This document shows, in pieces, positions 9,984 through 23,500 of a stretch of 64,000 nucleotides of DNA. The notes below the pieces were generated by a model that worked only from the letters and a program-made list of their open reading frames with translations, was not told where the DNA came from and ran no database searches. Made by a program: the position numbers and the translations under genes. The stretch is taken from assembly GCA_002633005.1 (NCBI GenBank), contig NMRA01000383.1, forward strand, positions 74,951 to 138,950. The letters run 5' to 3'. This stretch comes from Phoronis australis (taxonomy: Eukaryota; Animalia; Phoronida). Within the stretch, counting starts at the first letter, position 1, and each line of letters opens with the position of its first letter.

Positions 9984-12900
9984 GTAAGTAAGTTCTGATC
10001 AATTTCAAATTCTTATTAATTCTGTTAGTTGATGACATCTTGCGATGTTGATTGCTGTTGTTCTGTGTTTTTAGTTGTATTTATATTTTATTTTTTTGTT
10101 CATCATTACAAAAAGCCAAGGCAATAAGGCAGACAGGTGTGTTAAGAAAATGCTAGATAAAGAATGGCGGGCTGTTATCCCGCTCCGCATATCCCGCCTT
10201 TATCTGTCGCCTTTTGTCCCTTCGATCACATATAGTCAGTTGTAATGCGAAAACCAATCAATTATATTTTTCTGTTAATTATCGATTGAGCATGTGCTGA
10301 GTAATGACAAGAATGTTTTGTGTGTACTTTTATAATTTTATATTTAGCAACTAATAGATACATTTCAGTTGGCCGAATTACAAAGTTTCAATTAGTATCT
10401 TATTTGGAATCCGGCGGTTATCTAGTGCATTACTATGTTCTGATAATATAATGGATTTCAAAAAATACATTTTACCTATGTCTATAGTTTCAACAGAAAG
10501 TATTAAAATTTGCAAGGTTAATGAGATTTTGGTACTGTCAATGACAATCATCAGATCATTTATTGCTCAGGTTATTGATAAGGTGTCATGACAGTGGAGT
10601 TGGTGCCGCAATTTGGACCAGAAATACGAATAGAAATGCCGTCACTCTGGGTCCAAAAGTCATAATATCATCAAAATGATGTCTTTCCTGTACTTGTTCA
10701 GGGGTGGATCCAGGATTTNNNNNNNNNGGGAGGCTGAGGGCACAGGAATAACCTGAATTTCGCCACATGCGCGGGCCCAGCCTAAAATGTAGTGATGCAG
10801 GGGTCTTGAATTTTTGGGTTTTGTGGACCTTATTAGTAAAAAAACGGGTTCCGCCACGGTTGTTTGCCACTCCATCATAGACTATAGTACATGGACTGCC
10901 AACTCCGTATATTTTACATGGACGAAATCTGTAATTTTACGCACAAGCCGTTATGTCATTATTCACTAGCAACACCTGGCCAAATTATCGAGTTTTATTT
11001 CGGGCAAGTATGTCGTCTACTAATCGTGGTCGGCTGATGTGTGGTCAGGTGGTAGTAGCATTGCTAAAAGTTCTCACGATACCAACACATCTACTATTGG
11101 AAGACTATGAACAGCGTTTCAATGCCAAATCTTTTCTTGTAGTACTGGACAGTAAAATAGATGCGAGAATTTCGCGTCACAATACACTAACCGGAAACAG
11201 AAACAGATAATTTAGGAGAGTGGCGCCGCCTCTAGGATAGTACAGAAGAAAATGTTGGATTTGAGAATCTGTGCCGAGATTACAAGATTCGCAAATCGAA
11301 TCAGCAACCTCAATCAAACCAGCAAGCGTGCTGACCATTCAGCTAATAGGCAATTGGCTGTTAGTGAGTGGCTAACAGAGGCTCTACAACAAGTAACTTA
11401 TTCATGTTATCACTAATGAGAACTTTTCACCTATCTGTTCAAATCACCTTCAAGTTACCATTTCCAATTATGTATCTCCTTGATATTAATTTTAATTTCC
11501 AGGCTACCAGACCAATACCACTGCATATATCTGCAGTTGCCACCAGAACAAATGTCCACTCGATAACATGAGTGCCAGCATATTCGCTTCTTGTATTCCC
11601 AGATTTGAGCTCATAGGAAGTACCGAAAGTCGGCTCGGTGCCTGTATGAGTGTCGCCAATTTTCTGCTCGTTTTACTTTTTCCACTTATGTTTTCGACCA
11701 TTTCAATCGCAGTTCAGAATCTTCTGTAGACAGTGATCACCGTCTTTACAAGGCTCAGTAGAGACGGCGGAGCTCCTATAATGCTTCATACACTCGAAGC
11801 TTTTTGGCGAATTATGCCTCACATTGACTAAAATATCAAAGTCACGTTGTTATAAATACCTTTTGCGCATAGAGGGACACCTTAGAAAGCCATCGATGTA
11901 TTTAATTCCTTCCAACTTGACGAAATATTCTCATTATTAAACTTTTTCTTTGAGCAGTCTCGTTCAGTTACCAAAGTTGGTCGTCTGCGCACGCCAGGGG
12001 ATATGACGTCTTAACACTTGCCCCGTGCTGTGTTAAAAATGGCGACTTACCGATTTTGGGAATTGAACGAGGGACTACTTGAAAAAAAGTTTGATAACGG
12101 GAGTATTTCTTCGTGTTGGAATGAATTAAATACATCGACAGCCTCCTAAGGTGTCCCTCTATGTGCAAAAGGTATTTATAACAATGTGACTTTGATGTTT
12201 TAGTCAGTGTGAGGCATAATTCGCCAAAAAGCTTCCTATAGGAGCTCCACCATCTCTACTGGGCCAGCTAAAGATGATGTTCACTGTCTTAAGTCCTCTG
12301 GAGCGCTGGTCTCCGGGAACATCATCTTGTTTGCGTCTTCTGCAGCACATTTACGAAAGATCAAGTTGTTAAAATTGACACTTACCAGGTTTAAAGTCTA
12401 CCACAGCCTCTCATACTACGCAACAATTTTATTCTTCAAATAAACCATTCTTTTCTTTCAGTTTTAAGTGCCAAATTCACAGCCCTATACACATCTGAAG
12501 CTGTAAACAGGTGACATTTTGTGGATGACCTATTTTTTTATCTGTCTAGGGCACGTATTCAGTCCTATCTAATGGCCCCATTGTATCTGCACAAAGTCGA
12601 AACATTTCAAAGCTTTTTATTTCATGCAAAATTAGTTTTTGAACCAGCATTAGATACACAATTTTATTCTTGTGATATTTGGACTGCACCATAGTGCACC
12701 AATGTCATTTGATCTGAGCATACAATGGCCTGGAGGAAGTTTTTTGATGGGAGGTTTTTCAGTCATTCCGGTTGCAAAAGTTTGAACAACTCTCACAAAT
12801 ATTAGGACAGGGAGTCTGTGCATAGATTTATGTTTGCAGCTTCAGCGACTTTGATGACATTCGCATGGCAAGTCCGTTCTAAAATTTTGGCAAGTATTCC

Positions 12901-15900
12901 GCCAAGTATGTTGGTCTGACAGCAAGTTTTTTTTTTTTTTTGTTCGCACTCTACAGCTCGCAATTTTCACGAAATTTGCACACGACGTGTAGATCGGAAA
13001 GTCCTGGAAGCCTATTGTTTTTGGTCATGATCGGATACAAAATGGCGGACGTGGCGGCTGTTTTGTATCCGATTTCACAGTCAAATGCTCGTAGAGGCCG
13101 CATTTTTCGACGTACATGACTGAAAATCGGTACGATTATATTAGAACGCATGTGCTACAAGTGTGCTGAAAATCGTTGACTTCCGGTCAAAGAATGCGGA
13201 AATATTGGAAGTGGCACATGCGCACCTCGAAATATGGCCAAAAACATTTTCTCCTGTAGAGGGCGCATTTGCAAACCAATCACTTTTAAACTGGTCACGT
13301 GTTTGTTGAGTTTAATAAGCTTTTATAAAATTTTGTTTGACCGGAAGTCACTTTCAAGATGGCGGCTGTGGCGCATGTTCACACGTTTTCAATCGTTCTG
13401 GGTTCGCGTTTTTAACGGGAAGAGCAAATGATGTGAATTTTTGCATTGCATGTGGATTCCTTGAAGTATGCTCTTTCAAACAGTCTGCAAGAGCGTATTT
13501 CTCAGACTTACCGTTTTCTAGTTATTTGACTTTGAATTTCAAAAAAGCCGGCAAATTTTCAATTTTTTCGAATTTTTTTTTGATTTTTGCCAAACTATCA
13601 CTTTAGATAGAGTTTTGAACGGGCTTCCACAAAATATTTTCCATTTTGTGCTACGACGTGTACTTTTTGAATTATTCGAGATTTTCGGATACCGTTGTTC
13701 CAATTTGGTCACCTATGCAAGGACCCAGCTTGCTGGCTTTCAGTTCACTTTGTTTTGGTTATGCCTAGTTGACCCCGACTGACCCAGCCAGCACTGTCCT
13801 ACTGTAGACTGGAATTCCGTCATGTTGCGCCATCTATTGTTCTTTTTTTGTAGTTGATTGTATGCTCTCTATATGATTCCTTCGCTAATCACATGAATGT
13901 TATCGTGTTATTCATAATTGCCGATTTGATCGTCATGATTGTCGTCATCCTCCCCATCGTCGTCTTTTCGATTAATTCCGCCAAGTTTCGTTCCTCTGAG
14001 CGCTCTCGTTTTTAACATGTATTTTCTCCTATTTAAAATTGCATAATTTGCTACTTGAATATATGTGTCGGTTAGAGCGAGGCAAATAGTCCCTAGTTAA
14101 AGGGGGGTGTCACTCATTTAAAACTGATATTGGGAATCAGGACAAGATACATAACACAATCACTATCCCCAATAGGTGTGCTGGCTGCACAGAACAGTCA
14201 ATAGTCCTGAGCACACTTAGCTGATGGCCTTAAGATAAAGAGATAAAATTGCCTTGCAGAACAATACAATAGTCTCACTTTCAACTCTGATACTTAGTTT
14301 CTAGTTTACAGTTCTTGAAGTCCCAGTGATTGCATGGCGGCCATTTTGCATTATGATTCATTCTTCTGTCTCAGAACTGCCTGCTTTCAAGTTCTGGCAG
14401 ACAGTTTCGTCATGCAGAAGCGGTAGCTTCGTATTTGCTTAGTCGTTGGTTTTGTTTGGTCATAAGATTTCTTTTCTTTGTAGGGTGAGGTTGGTCCGTT
14501 CAATCCAAGTCTTCAAGTCGATGTGCCCTTGTGGCTTGCAATCAGTTTGAAGCAGCGGCAGAAATGTCAAATTGTCCCCCCTGAATGGATGGACGTAGGT
14601 AATGTATTGTCTGCTTTTCTGTTAAGTAACAAATTCATGTTTGTTATTTATACATGCAGTTTAAATTTCACTGATTCAAGTAGCGTATTTTACAAAAAAA
14701 GATAAAAATAGAATTTCCAGTTGTTTTATTTTTGGTGTCTGTTTGAAAAATACATGAAGTTACTTAACTCGAAAGTGTAATATAGGACGATTCCACAGTA
14801 TTTGTCACTTCCGTATCCAGAACAAAATATTAAGTAACCCTTCCAGTATGTTTTTTCTAGTTGAGTTATGGTGAAAATATGACAGAGAACAGTTAGTAGA
14901 AAATTAATTCTAGAGACTTGAAAAGTGGACAGAATTCACGGAATCCAACAAAATTCACATCTCAGTATTTGATAATATTATTCCTTTACTTTTGGTTCCT
15001 AATTTGCAAAAATTTGATTTATCAATTTTCACGATTCTGATTGAAAGGCGTTTTGCAATGGACATTTTCCAAGTAGTTGTTCAATATTTCTGAAGGTGGC
15101 GTTGTTTTTTGCTGGGTGTTGATCAATAGTAAACATGAGTTACGACAGCATTGCGTAGAAAAACCATGGCAACGTCTTGGGTCACGTTCACTTAACTTAA
15201 TGTTCCAACATGACAAAACGGGATTTGCTAATTTACTAGATACAAAAACGTGGCCTTTGATCTTTCTAGAATGGGTTTTTGTTTTATTTTTAGAAGACAA
15301 AAATTCAGGGTCTCCAAAATAAGTGTGAAGACATAGACTGTAGTCATCACAGCGTTTAAAAGTTAACTCGTTCTTTGGAAATTTTCAACCAACTTCATAT
15401 TCACATCATCACTATATGTTGTGCTTCTATAAACTAATTTGACCAACCAATCACAGAGGTTTCAGCGTGCAGGTTCCACTTTAAGACAAGTGTATTACAG
15501 CTGTTGAATAACCAACAGTATTTGTTTGCTGTAGACATGATGTTTGTTTGTGGGCTTGTGAAGATATAATCAAGCACAAATGAATATCGTGTCATCAGTG
15601 ATCAACTATACTGCCTCACAAGTAAAGCAAGTTTGGTCACACACTCCATTTGCAATGCATGGCAATATCTCACGAAGTCATGTGTTTTTGCAATGTTTTC
15701 AGTTGTATCGTGGTAACCAGTGTTCTCCACGGCCTGTTTTAACTCGACGCCCTAACGAGTTTGGATTTTGCTGCGTCGAGTTTGGAAAATGCGCGTCGAG
15801 TTTAGAAAGTGCTGCGTCAGGTTTGAACTTTTGTCCAGGCTTGGTATTTCAGCCCTCAACCCTAAAGCAGTGCCTGATTAACCAACATCAGGCCCAATAC

Positions 15901-18900
15901 AGAACTTTAGAGGCAGTCAACATTATATGTATAACTTCGTAAGACACTACAAAAGTTTAAATTATAATTAACAAAATCTGCAAAAGACTTTAAATAACAA
16001 ACATTTCATGGAGTCACCTAGCTTGCTTAATTGAATGACTAATCTACTTAGTCATTCTAACTTTAAAATTTTGCAAGTCAACCTATAAAAAAGCAATTTA
16101 ATTTGCTTAATAAAGACAATTTTGATTTTGACTGACATCTAGTGGCAAGTTAGAGAACTTTATGAGCTTATTAAACTTGACAACAGGTGTCACTAAAAAC
16201 TAGGTCACATCAGAACTCATGTTAGTAGTACTTAATATGTCTAATTGATATTAAAATCGGCATTGGTATTATTAAAGGAACTTTTGATCTTTTGTTTGCT
16301 GCTCTTGGTCTGTCAAATGCTTTGGAGAAATTATGAGATGCATTGGTAGGAAAGCTAAACTTTGAAGTGTCTAAGAAGTAGGTCACACCAGTGCAGTGTG
16401 CAGTTTTAAACCATATATAAATACCTCCAGCATGACCATGNNNNNNNNNNNNNNNNNNNNNNNNNNNNNNNNNNNNNNNNNNNNNNNNNNNNNNNNNNNN
16501 NNNNNNNNNNNNNNNNNNNNNNNNNNNNNNNNNNNNNNNNNNNNNNNNNNNNNNNNNNNNNNNNNNNNNNNNNNNNNNNNNNNNNNNNNNNNNNNNNNNN
16601 NNNNNNNNNNNNNNNNNNNNNNNNNNNNNNNNNNNAGTTATATTCATCAAAATATTGAGAATTTGACATCTTTCCGTGAGTTGTGAGATTTGTTCAAAAT
16701 ACGAGAGCTTCCCACCTTCACATTTCTCTGGCCTGATTTTTTCGAATATAAGTTTTATCTAGTGCACTGCAGACGGAAACTCAGCGCGGCAGACAAAGTC
16801 GCTGAAAGCGGAGGTTTTGACGCCGGCGGCGTTCTTAAACTTTGCAAACAAGGGAAGAAAATAAAGTGACAAAAAGGTTCAAGTATAATATTTTGAAGTG
16901 AGTTCATGACCAAAGACAATAACTCGTCACCTGTATTGTAATTCAGATTGCTAAACCACCGTCTCGGAGTCCTGGCGTCGTTGCACTCATTGTGATCGTC
17001 GATCTTTTTTTAAAAGTCGGGGAATCGCGCGTTTCCTTAGCACTAGGCGCTAAATCTTCATTCTTTAAAAGTCTGGGATGGGCGCTTAACCGAGAGGTGG
17101 GCGCTTAACTGGAAATCTTCAAAAATCGCAGGGGGGCGCTTAACCGAGCAGTGGGCGGTTAAATCGAAAATCCACTTAAAGTCGGGGATGGGCGGTTAAC
17201 TGAGCATGGGCGTTAACCCGAACGCTTACGGTAAGTGGTTTAACATGCTCTTCGCTAGCAGACAATGGTGTAATCTCAAATTAGTCTGCTAGAGATGATT
17301 TGAAAAAGGCTAGCACTAATAGCTTATGGACAAACTGTGGCTGGATTTATACCCTAGTCACTGCAATGTATTGGTAGGTGTGGGATCATTATCTCATTGG
17401 TTCATTTTAAATGAAATACTTTGATATCTATGTACTAGCAGCGCACAATGGTCACTGTCTAGATACGGTAGGTTCCACTTCATTGGTCAAAATAGTCCAA
17501 TTCACTTTTTGTTTTGCATTGTTTCCTTTTGATAACTTAGTTCCATGTCCCTTTTTTGTTCAGATATCATAGCAGTTGGATTTTGCAATAGTTCTTAAGG
17601 TTCTGTTATTTGGAGTCGCGGGATGAGTCAGCCAGAGTGAGAAGAGTCTGTCCAGCACTGTTAGTGAGAGACCATGGGCTTGCCTGGTATACCTTGTGTG
17701 CATTGTGTCAGTTTGATTAACAAGCACCAGGAGATATCAGGGAAGCCTGCGGTTATTGCCGCGGAGGTCATTGCCACGACTGCATCCACAAGTTGCAACC
17801 TAAAGTGTGTACCATGCACTTGGAGTCTACTGCGTGCATGTGTTTTCAAACATGCACAAATAGATTCCAAGGGTAGAGGGCGCACTTCCCAACGTGCTTA
17901 GTACTATCGCTTTTGCTTGTCTTTCATGAACCAGTCAATGTTTTTTTTTGTCAGTCAAAAGAGTAATGCACTTTAAGATCATCAACCCATCATAACCCTT
18001 TTTTGCATTTTTACTAAACTTGAAAGCTGGACCATATCAGTGAATCCTCCAAATGTGTGCTACTGAAATTTGACTGAGTGGTGGCGACAAAAGAGTATCA
18101 AATTGTTAATTATTGAATTCTGCACCTTCCTCAGTTTAAGCCATTGATCTTAGGTTCTCATACAAACCCTCTTTATGTCAGAGCATGGAAGGTCATTTAA
18201 CCTGTGCTACACACGAGTACCTTGTGCCACGGAACTTACTATCAAAATATGATTGTTTTTTTTCAGATGTGCTGGAGCAGAAGAAGATGGAAGAGACTGA
18301 TCAAGGCTTCTTCACTGAGATGCCCAGCCCTCACTACATGGAGATAGCCCAGCTCCTGTTGAGAAGGTGAGCAACACGTTATATAGCCAACGTAGCAGAA
18401 TAGCATGACCAGGCGTCATGAACAGACGACAACTTGGATTAGTTGATGAGTGTTTGTGGTATCTGCAACAATAACGATCATGGTCCAGCTTTCTCTGTTT
18501 TTTTTAGTTACCTGAACATAGTAATTAATCACCTTCGGTGTCAACATCTGAACTAGCCAGGTATGATTAGATTTAAACTCAACAAAAAATAAAATTCCAC
18601 TATTGCTTTTTCTTTTCAGTGCTCCAGAAAACATAACAAAGGCTGATCAGATTCGAACCCTTATCAAGGACATCTGGGATATAAGGATTGCTAAGTTACG
18701 AAGCAGTGTTGACAAGTTCATGAAAAGTGATGCCACACATGCCAAGGTCTGTCGATATTGGAAATATGTTTCAATTTCTCATCAATGTGATCCTCTCACC
18801 AATGTGATCCTCTCATCAATGTGATCCTCTCATCAATGTGATCCTCTCATCAATGTGATCCTCTCATCAATGTGATCCTCTCATCAATGTGATCCTCTCA

Positions 18901-19670
18901 TCAATGTGATCCTCTAGTCTAAAACAAACCGTGGATAGATTGAAAGACACAAGATAACTTTCTTGGCAAGGCATGTTCAGTCTATTTACAGGGTCTATTT
19001 TCAGGATCCTCATTATTGCATGGTGTCAGTTTTGATTCTCCCAACATATGAGTGCGTACAACATTACCTGCCAATGACACTGCCTGAGTATTTCTTTGCT
19101 AGGTTATGTAGCCTGCCTTTCATTGGATGGAAATCATACTACAGCCATTCCTTGTCTTGACATTTTGTCAATTGAGACTTCATTTAGTTTTCAAGGAACT
19201 CTTGCTGCTATAGAAACAAGTAAACAGCTACGCTTAATTCTTGTTCTGGTGTTGGAATGCTTGTCAATTGTATTTACACATTTTCTGATTAAGCGTACTG
19301 CACATACGTTAACAATCTTTGCACACATACAGTTGCATTCACACAGGGACTTGGCTGATCTCTCTAAACTCCCAATATACTGGACTTCATGTCATGTGTT
19401 ACGATTGTCTTGTATTTGCAATGCCAAGAATAGCTTCCAAATTGCGTTTAGTGTACAACTATGGAGATTAGTTGACTTTCAGGATACACTCTCAGGTTAC
19501 TAACACATAAACTGGAGTAACTTGATGTTGAAATTGTCTTTTTACAGTTGAATTACTTAACACTAATGGAGATCAACACAGTTCGACCCTTTCTGACCAC
19601 AGCTCTGGATCAAATGCACATGTTGAGAGTTGGAACTCAGAGGACAGGTGCCGATCACTCACAGGACTGA
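9894..19670 (+). CDS. GINS2: DNA replication complex GINS subunit 2 (PSF2), complete spliced CDS, 184 aa
   Basis: join(9894..9983,14484..14598,18267..18366,18620..18746,19548..19670) = 90+115+100+127+123 = 555 nt. Hallmark Psf2 sequence [11 protein letters not shown]...[30 protein letters not shown]...MPSPHYME...[19 protein letters not shown]...AHAK-like [20 protein letters not shown]. All introns are GT-AG. Confidence 0.97.
11728..12289. mobile_element. Foldback/palindromic MITE with ~250-bp arms
   Basis: 11728-~11978 is the imperfect reverse complement of ~12050-12289 (e.g. GAAGCTTTTTGGCGAATTATGCCTCACA / TGTGAGGCATAATTCGCCAAAAAGCTTC); termini AGACAGTGA...TCACTGTCT. Confidence 0.8.
12930..13740. 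mobile_element. Probable interspersed repeat (CpG-rich, starting at a T-tract; HINE/DINE-like character)
   Basis: Begins after a T-tract; recurring internal motifs (TCGTAGAGGCCGCATTT / CTGTAGAGGGCGCATTT, ACTTCCGGTCAAA / TTTGACCGGAAGT, AAGATGGCGG); composition differs from the host intron. Family assignment and boundaries are inferred. Confidence 0.4.
14484..14598 (+). CDS. GINS2: GINS2 coding exon 2
   Basis: Acceptor TTTCTTTGTAG; [38 protein letters not shown]; donor G|GTAATG. Confidence 0.95.
16636..17233. mobile_element. Right part of a Tc2/pogo-like non-autonomous element; left end probably lies in the assembly gap
   Basis: Terminus ...GGCGTTAACCCGAACGCTTACGG-TA with six subterminal GGGCG(C/G)TTAAC-type repeats at 17080-17220; CpG-rich; similar to the 31890 MITE. 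The left boundary is uncertain. Confidence 0.55.
18267..18366 (+). CDS. GINS2: GINS2 coding exon 3
   Basis: Acceptor T-tract+CAG; [32 protein letters not shown]; donor AG|GTGAGC. Confidence 0.95.
18620..18746 (+). CDS. GINS2: GINS2 coding exon 4
   Basis: Acceptor TTCTTTTCAG; [42 protein letters not shown]; donor AAG|GTCTGT. Confidence 0.95.
18777..18915. repeat. 17-bp minisatellite, ~8 copies, 30 bp after the GINS2 exon 4 donor
   Basis: TCAATGTGATCCTCTCA tandem. Confidence 0.95.
19548..19670 (+). CDS. GINS2: GINS2 terminal coding exon 5
   Basis: Acceptor TTTTTACAG; [40 protein letters not shown] then TGA. Confidence 0.95.
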   Translation: MNYLTLMEINTVRPFLTTALDQMHMLRVGTQRTGADHSQD

Positions 19671-20570
19671 GGTGTGGGGTTGGACCATTGTAGGTGATTT
19701 CAACAAACAGCTCATTTTCACAGTACGTGCAATGGGGCCAAGACGCTGTCCATCCGACTTCTGCAGTTTTTATTTCAGAAATTCTGTGGTCATTATTTTA
19801 TTCACTAAAAGCAATATGGCTGTCAGTTGAATTGGAAAAGGCTTCCTCTGTGAATGACTACAAGATGGAGTTGGTTTCAAGAGACCTTAACATTTCTCAG
19901 TAACCAGGTGTCAAAATTGTCCCGTCTACAAGTCGACTCACCAGGAAGTACCAAATTACATGGAAATTGACATCATTTCGTGAGTCCACTCAGAAAATCA
20001 TTTGACAAAGAGGCAACTTACGAGTAACAACAGCAGCATAAATGAAAGCATAGTTATCAGAAGCATACATAGTCATGTGACATAGTCATGTGGCATAGTC
20101 ATGTGACATTGTAGTCATGTGACATTGTTTCTGATGTTTGGTATTACTACGTCATGCTTTTTGTATGAATATGCTGTAGATGTGAACATACTGACCAAAT
20201 CTAAGTAAGACGATACACACTCTGTATTTACAGGGTGTCTATTGTGAACCCCGGCTTTGTGGAGCTAGTCTTTCTCTTAACAAATCAGAATGGGTGTTCT
20301 GAGACTTGTTTTCTCAAAAACAAGTGCCTGTGTAGAACAAATGTTTGCGTGGAAAGAAAGTTTTTTGAGAAAACTGAAGTTGGTGAGAATAATCATGCAA
20401 TTGTTTAGGGACAAATAACATCTTGTGTGTGCGTGTGGGTTGAGTGTTCATGCACACAATTTTTGTGTCCTCTTGAGTACTGATCTTAGCATGGAAATTT
20501 GGGTATGACATTTTTCTTTCTAGGAAGAGAATTTGTGAAATACTTCTTGTTGTATAATTTGTTGTCTTAT

Positions 20571-20576
20571 AATAAA
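20571..20576 (+). terminator. Candidate GINS2 polyadenylation signal
   Basis: AATAAA about 900 nt after the stop codon, preceded by U-rich/UGUA sequence. Confidence 0.5.
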
Positions 20577-21744
20577 TTGTATTAAGTATTGGGGTATATG
20601 GCGGATCTGTGGATACACATAAAATTACTAGTTACCATATCATTTCTGAAATCCATTGGTCTATTTACACCAACTTTGAGCCTATTTACATTGGGATGAC
20701 ATTTCAGTTGGTCTTTTCTCTGTGCTGATGTAAATAGGCTAGAGGTTGCGGTAAATAGACCTACAGATTTTAGAAATGATTTTGCCATATAATGGCCTTG
20801 AAACAGTTTTAGGAAGACAGTTGCCACATCTCAAAGTCTATCCAGACTTATCTAAAACAAGTACAAACTCGGCACAGGCAGCTTTGTTTTCATGCCACTG
20901 AATGTTCTACAAACAGTTTGTGGTCCAAAAGTTGCAGAATATAATTGATGCGTTTGACTAAGCAGTACAGTGACCATTTGAAATCTGCAAATGTCCAATA
21001 TAGGAGCAAATTGTCAGTATCATTTGCTTGCAAGCTGAGGAGTCACCTGACTTGCATCATCCAGTGTGAAGCTCATACTGGTGATAGGGGGACGGGCATC
21101 ATTGTTTGATCTCGTGTTACTGATTGAATGTCAGTTTTTTGTATTGGACATTCCGATCGCCAAACCATATATTTTTAGGGACTGAATTGGTATGTTGGTG
21201 TTCTGGCATGCATCTTTAAGTGCAGTGAAAGTAAAGAGAAAGAAAAAAATGTCTGCATTTCAAAAACCCAACAGAAATAGCAATGCAATTTGAGCAGAGT
21301 TGTTCCAAATTATGGCTCGAAGGTGTTTCAAACTTCAGTCATTGACAAATTTTAAAGGATTTAGTCGAAAGGTGTTTGAAAAATCATAGCTTTATCCTAA
21401 CAGGTTTCAAAATCGCAAATGTTACAAGACATTCTCAATCCTTGCTGTGCCTACTGGTGAACTGTCTACTCTTAATAAGCATGGGGGAATCCTGATACGT
21501 TGGGCATTCTTCATTTTGACGTCACTTGACTTGCCATTATTGATGCTTACACATGTGTAGACATTAAAATGCCTCTTGAGGGAAAATTGGAGGCTACGGA
21601 AATACAGATTGTCATCAAAAACCGAGTCCTTATACGAGTTGCTTGTAGTGTGTGAAATATTAATGCACTTGTCAATCCTAAATTTGTTTCTGAATAAACT
21701 GGCAGCACAAATCATAGTCAATGGCACCCACATATACATGGGTA

Positions 21745-23500
21745 CATATTGCCGTCATCTCTGTCCGGGCGTCCGCGGATGTATCTCCTAAATCCCTCGC
21801 AGGATCTTATTGAAATTTGGCAGGTGTTTTGCTATGGGGCTGATTACAGAGGTGACGAGTTTTGGTCCGAGCCGAATACCGCTGTGCCCCCTAGTGGCAA
21901 TTTTAATTTTTTTATGTTTGCCTCTGTGTCTTCGGAGTGCCTTGATGGATTTTCATGAAATTTAGCTAATATGGAGGTGATGATGCCGTGTTATTTTCGA
22001 ATGGATTTTACACCACGTTGTGGCCATTTTTATGTGCCCACGTATTTAAATGTGGTCGCATATTGCCGTCATCTCTGTCTGGGCCTCCGGAGCTGTATCT
22101 CCTAAACCCCTTACAGGAACTTGATGAGATTTGGCAGATGTGTTCGTATGAAGCTGACGACAACTTTCGGACCTCTCCGGCTACAGGTGTGCCCCCCCCC
22201 TAGTGGCAATTTTTTTATGCTTACCTCTGTATCTTCGGAAGTCCTCAACGGATATTCATAAAATTTTGCAGTTAGGCAGTGAGATGACGCTATCCTCTCA
22301 TTTTCGGATGGATTTGAGCTGTTTTGCGTTACATAGTGGCCATTTTTTTTACTGTTTTCGTGTTTTTTGGCGTCCGCCCTCCTAAAAATCAAACTGCTCT
22401 AGGGTTGATTTTGAAAATTGGCATATATGTTCTTAATACTGTGAAGAGGGCGGCTGATGATGAATTTCTGACGACTTCGACTACTGTTGCATCAGTTTTT
22501 TTTTGCGCCCATAGCTGTATCTCCTAAGCACTTTGATGTGTTTAATTAAATTTAGCAAATGTATTCATATGAAGTTGACGACTGGTTTCATACGCTGACG
22601 AATGCTGTGCCCCCTAGTAACATTTCATTTTTTTCCATTTTCCTCTGTTTCTCTGAAGTTCCTTTATGGATTTTTATGAAATTTAATGAATAGCTTTCTA
22701 TTAAAAAACGTTTTCAGATGGATTCGACGTATTTTGCGCCATCTTGTAGCAATTTTTTAATAATGCAAAGAAACACCCCTAGAATCACACCGTTTGCGGT
22801 GCATTCGTTGGCGCGTTTCAACACTCTGTGTTGATCTTGTTTAATTTTTGCTTCCATTTTCTGGCGTCCGCCTCTTGTCATACCCCTTAAAAAATGAAAA
22901 TTTACATATGTGTTACTGATGAGAAGGCCACGACTGACTTACTTTCGGACTGGTGTGTTATCCCCCAGAGGCGATTTTGTTTTTTTTTGCATTTGCGGTC
23001 AAATCTTAACCCTTTGATCTGGCAAATTTCTCAAGGGTTCATGAAAATTGGCATATTGCATTTCTGATGAGAAGACCAAGGCTGACAAATTTCCAGACAG
23101 GTTTGACTGCTGTGGTAACCCCTAGGGATGATTTGAAAATTGGCGTTAATGATTCTTCTGTGAAGAGGACAGCTGATGATTTTTGGATTTGGGAGCCTCC
23201 TGGTGGCAGCTTTTTGTGTCTAGCTGCATCACTCAAATCCTCTGCAGAATCTTAAATAAATTGGCAAGTGTAGTTATATGAAGTTGACAATGACAACATT
23301 TGGACAGAAGCGACTACTGCTGTGCCTGCCCTTGCAAGGTGTTATTGAAATTCTGCCATTATTGTATTCCTGTTAACTTGACAAGTGGATGGATTCGACT
23401 GCCGCTGTGGTTCCTACTGCCAGTTTTTTTTACGTTAGTTACAGTATCTTGGACTGATTTTCATGAATTTTGGCAAATGCTCTTGATGAATTGGCAATTC
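21745..23500. repeat. Complex intergenic repeat of diverged subunits, many carrying CTCF-like motifs
   Basis: CATATTGCCGTCATCTCTGTC...TGTATCTCCTAA...GAAATTTGGCA...GTGCCCCCTAGTGGCAATTTT recurs at ~21745 and ~22059, with a partial copy at ~22515 and more decayed copies to ~23500. Confidence 0.7.

Noticed and set aside
11560-11727. Possible THAP remnant (DSELRLKW...VKRAENW) on the minus strand next to the foldback element
   Set aside because: Interrupted by a stop, and lacks the CxxxxC and CxxHF motifs; too weak to call.
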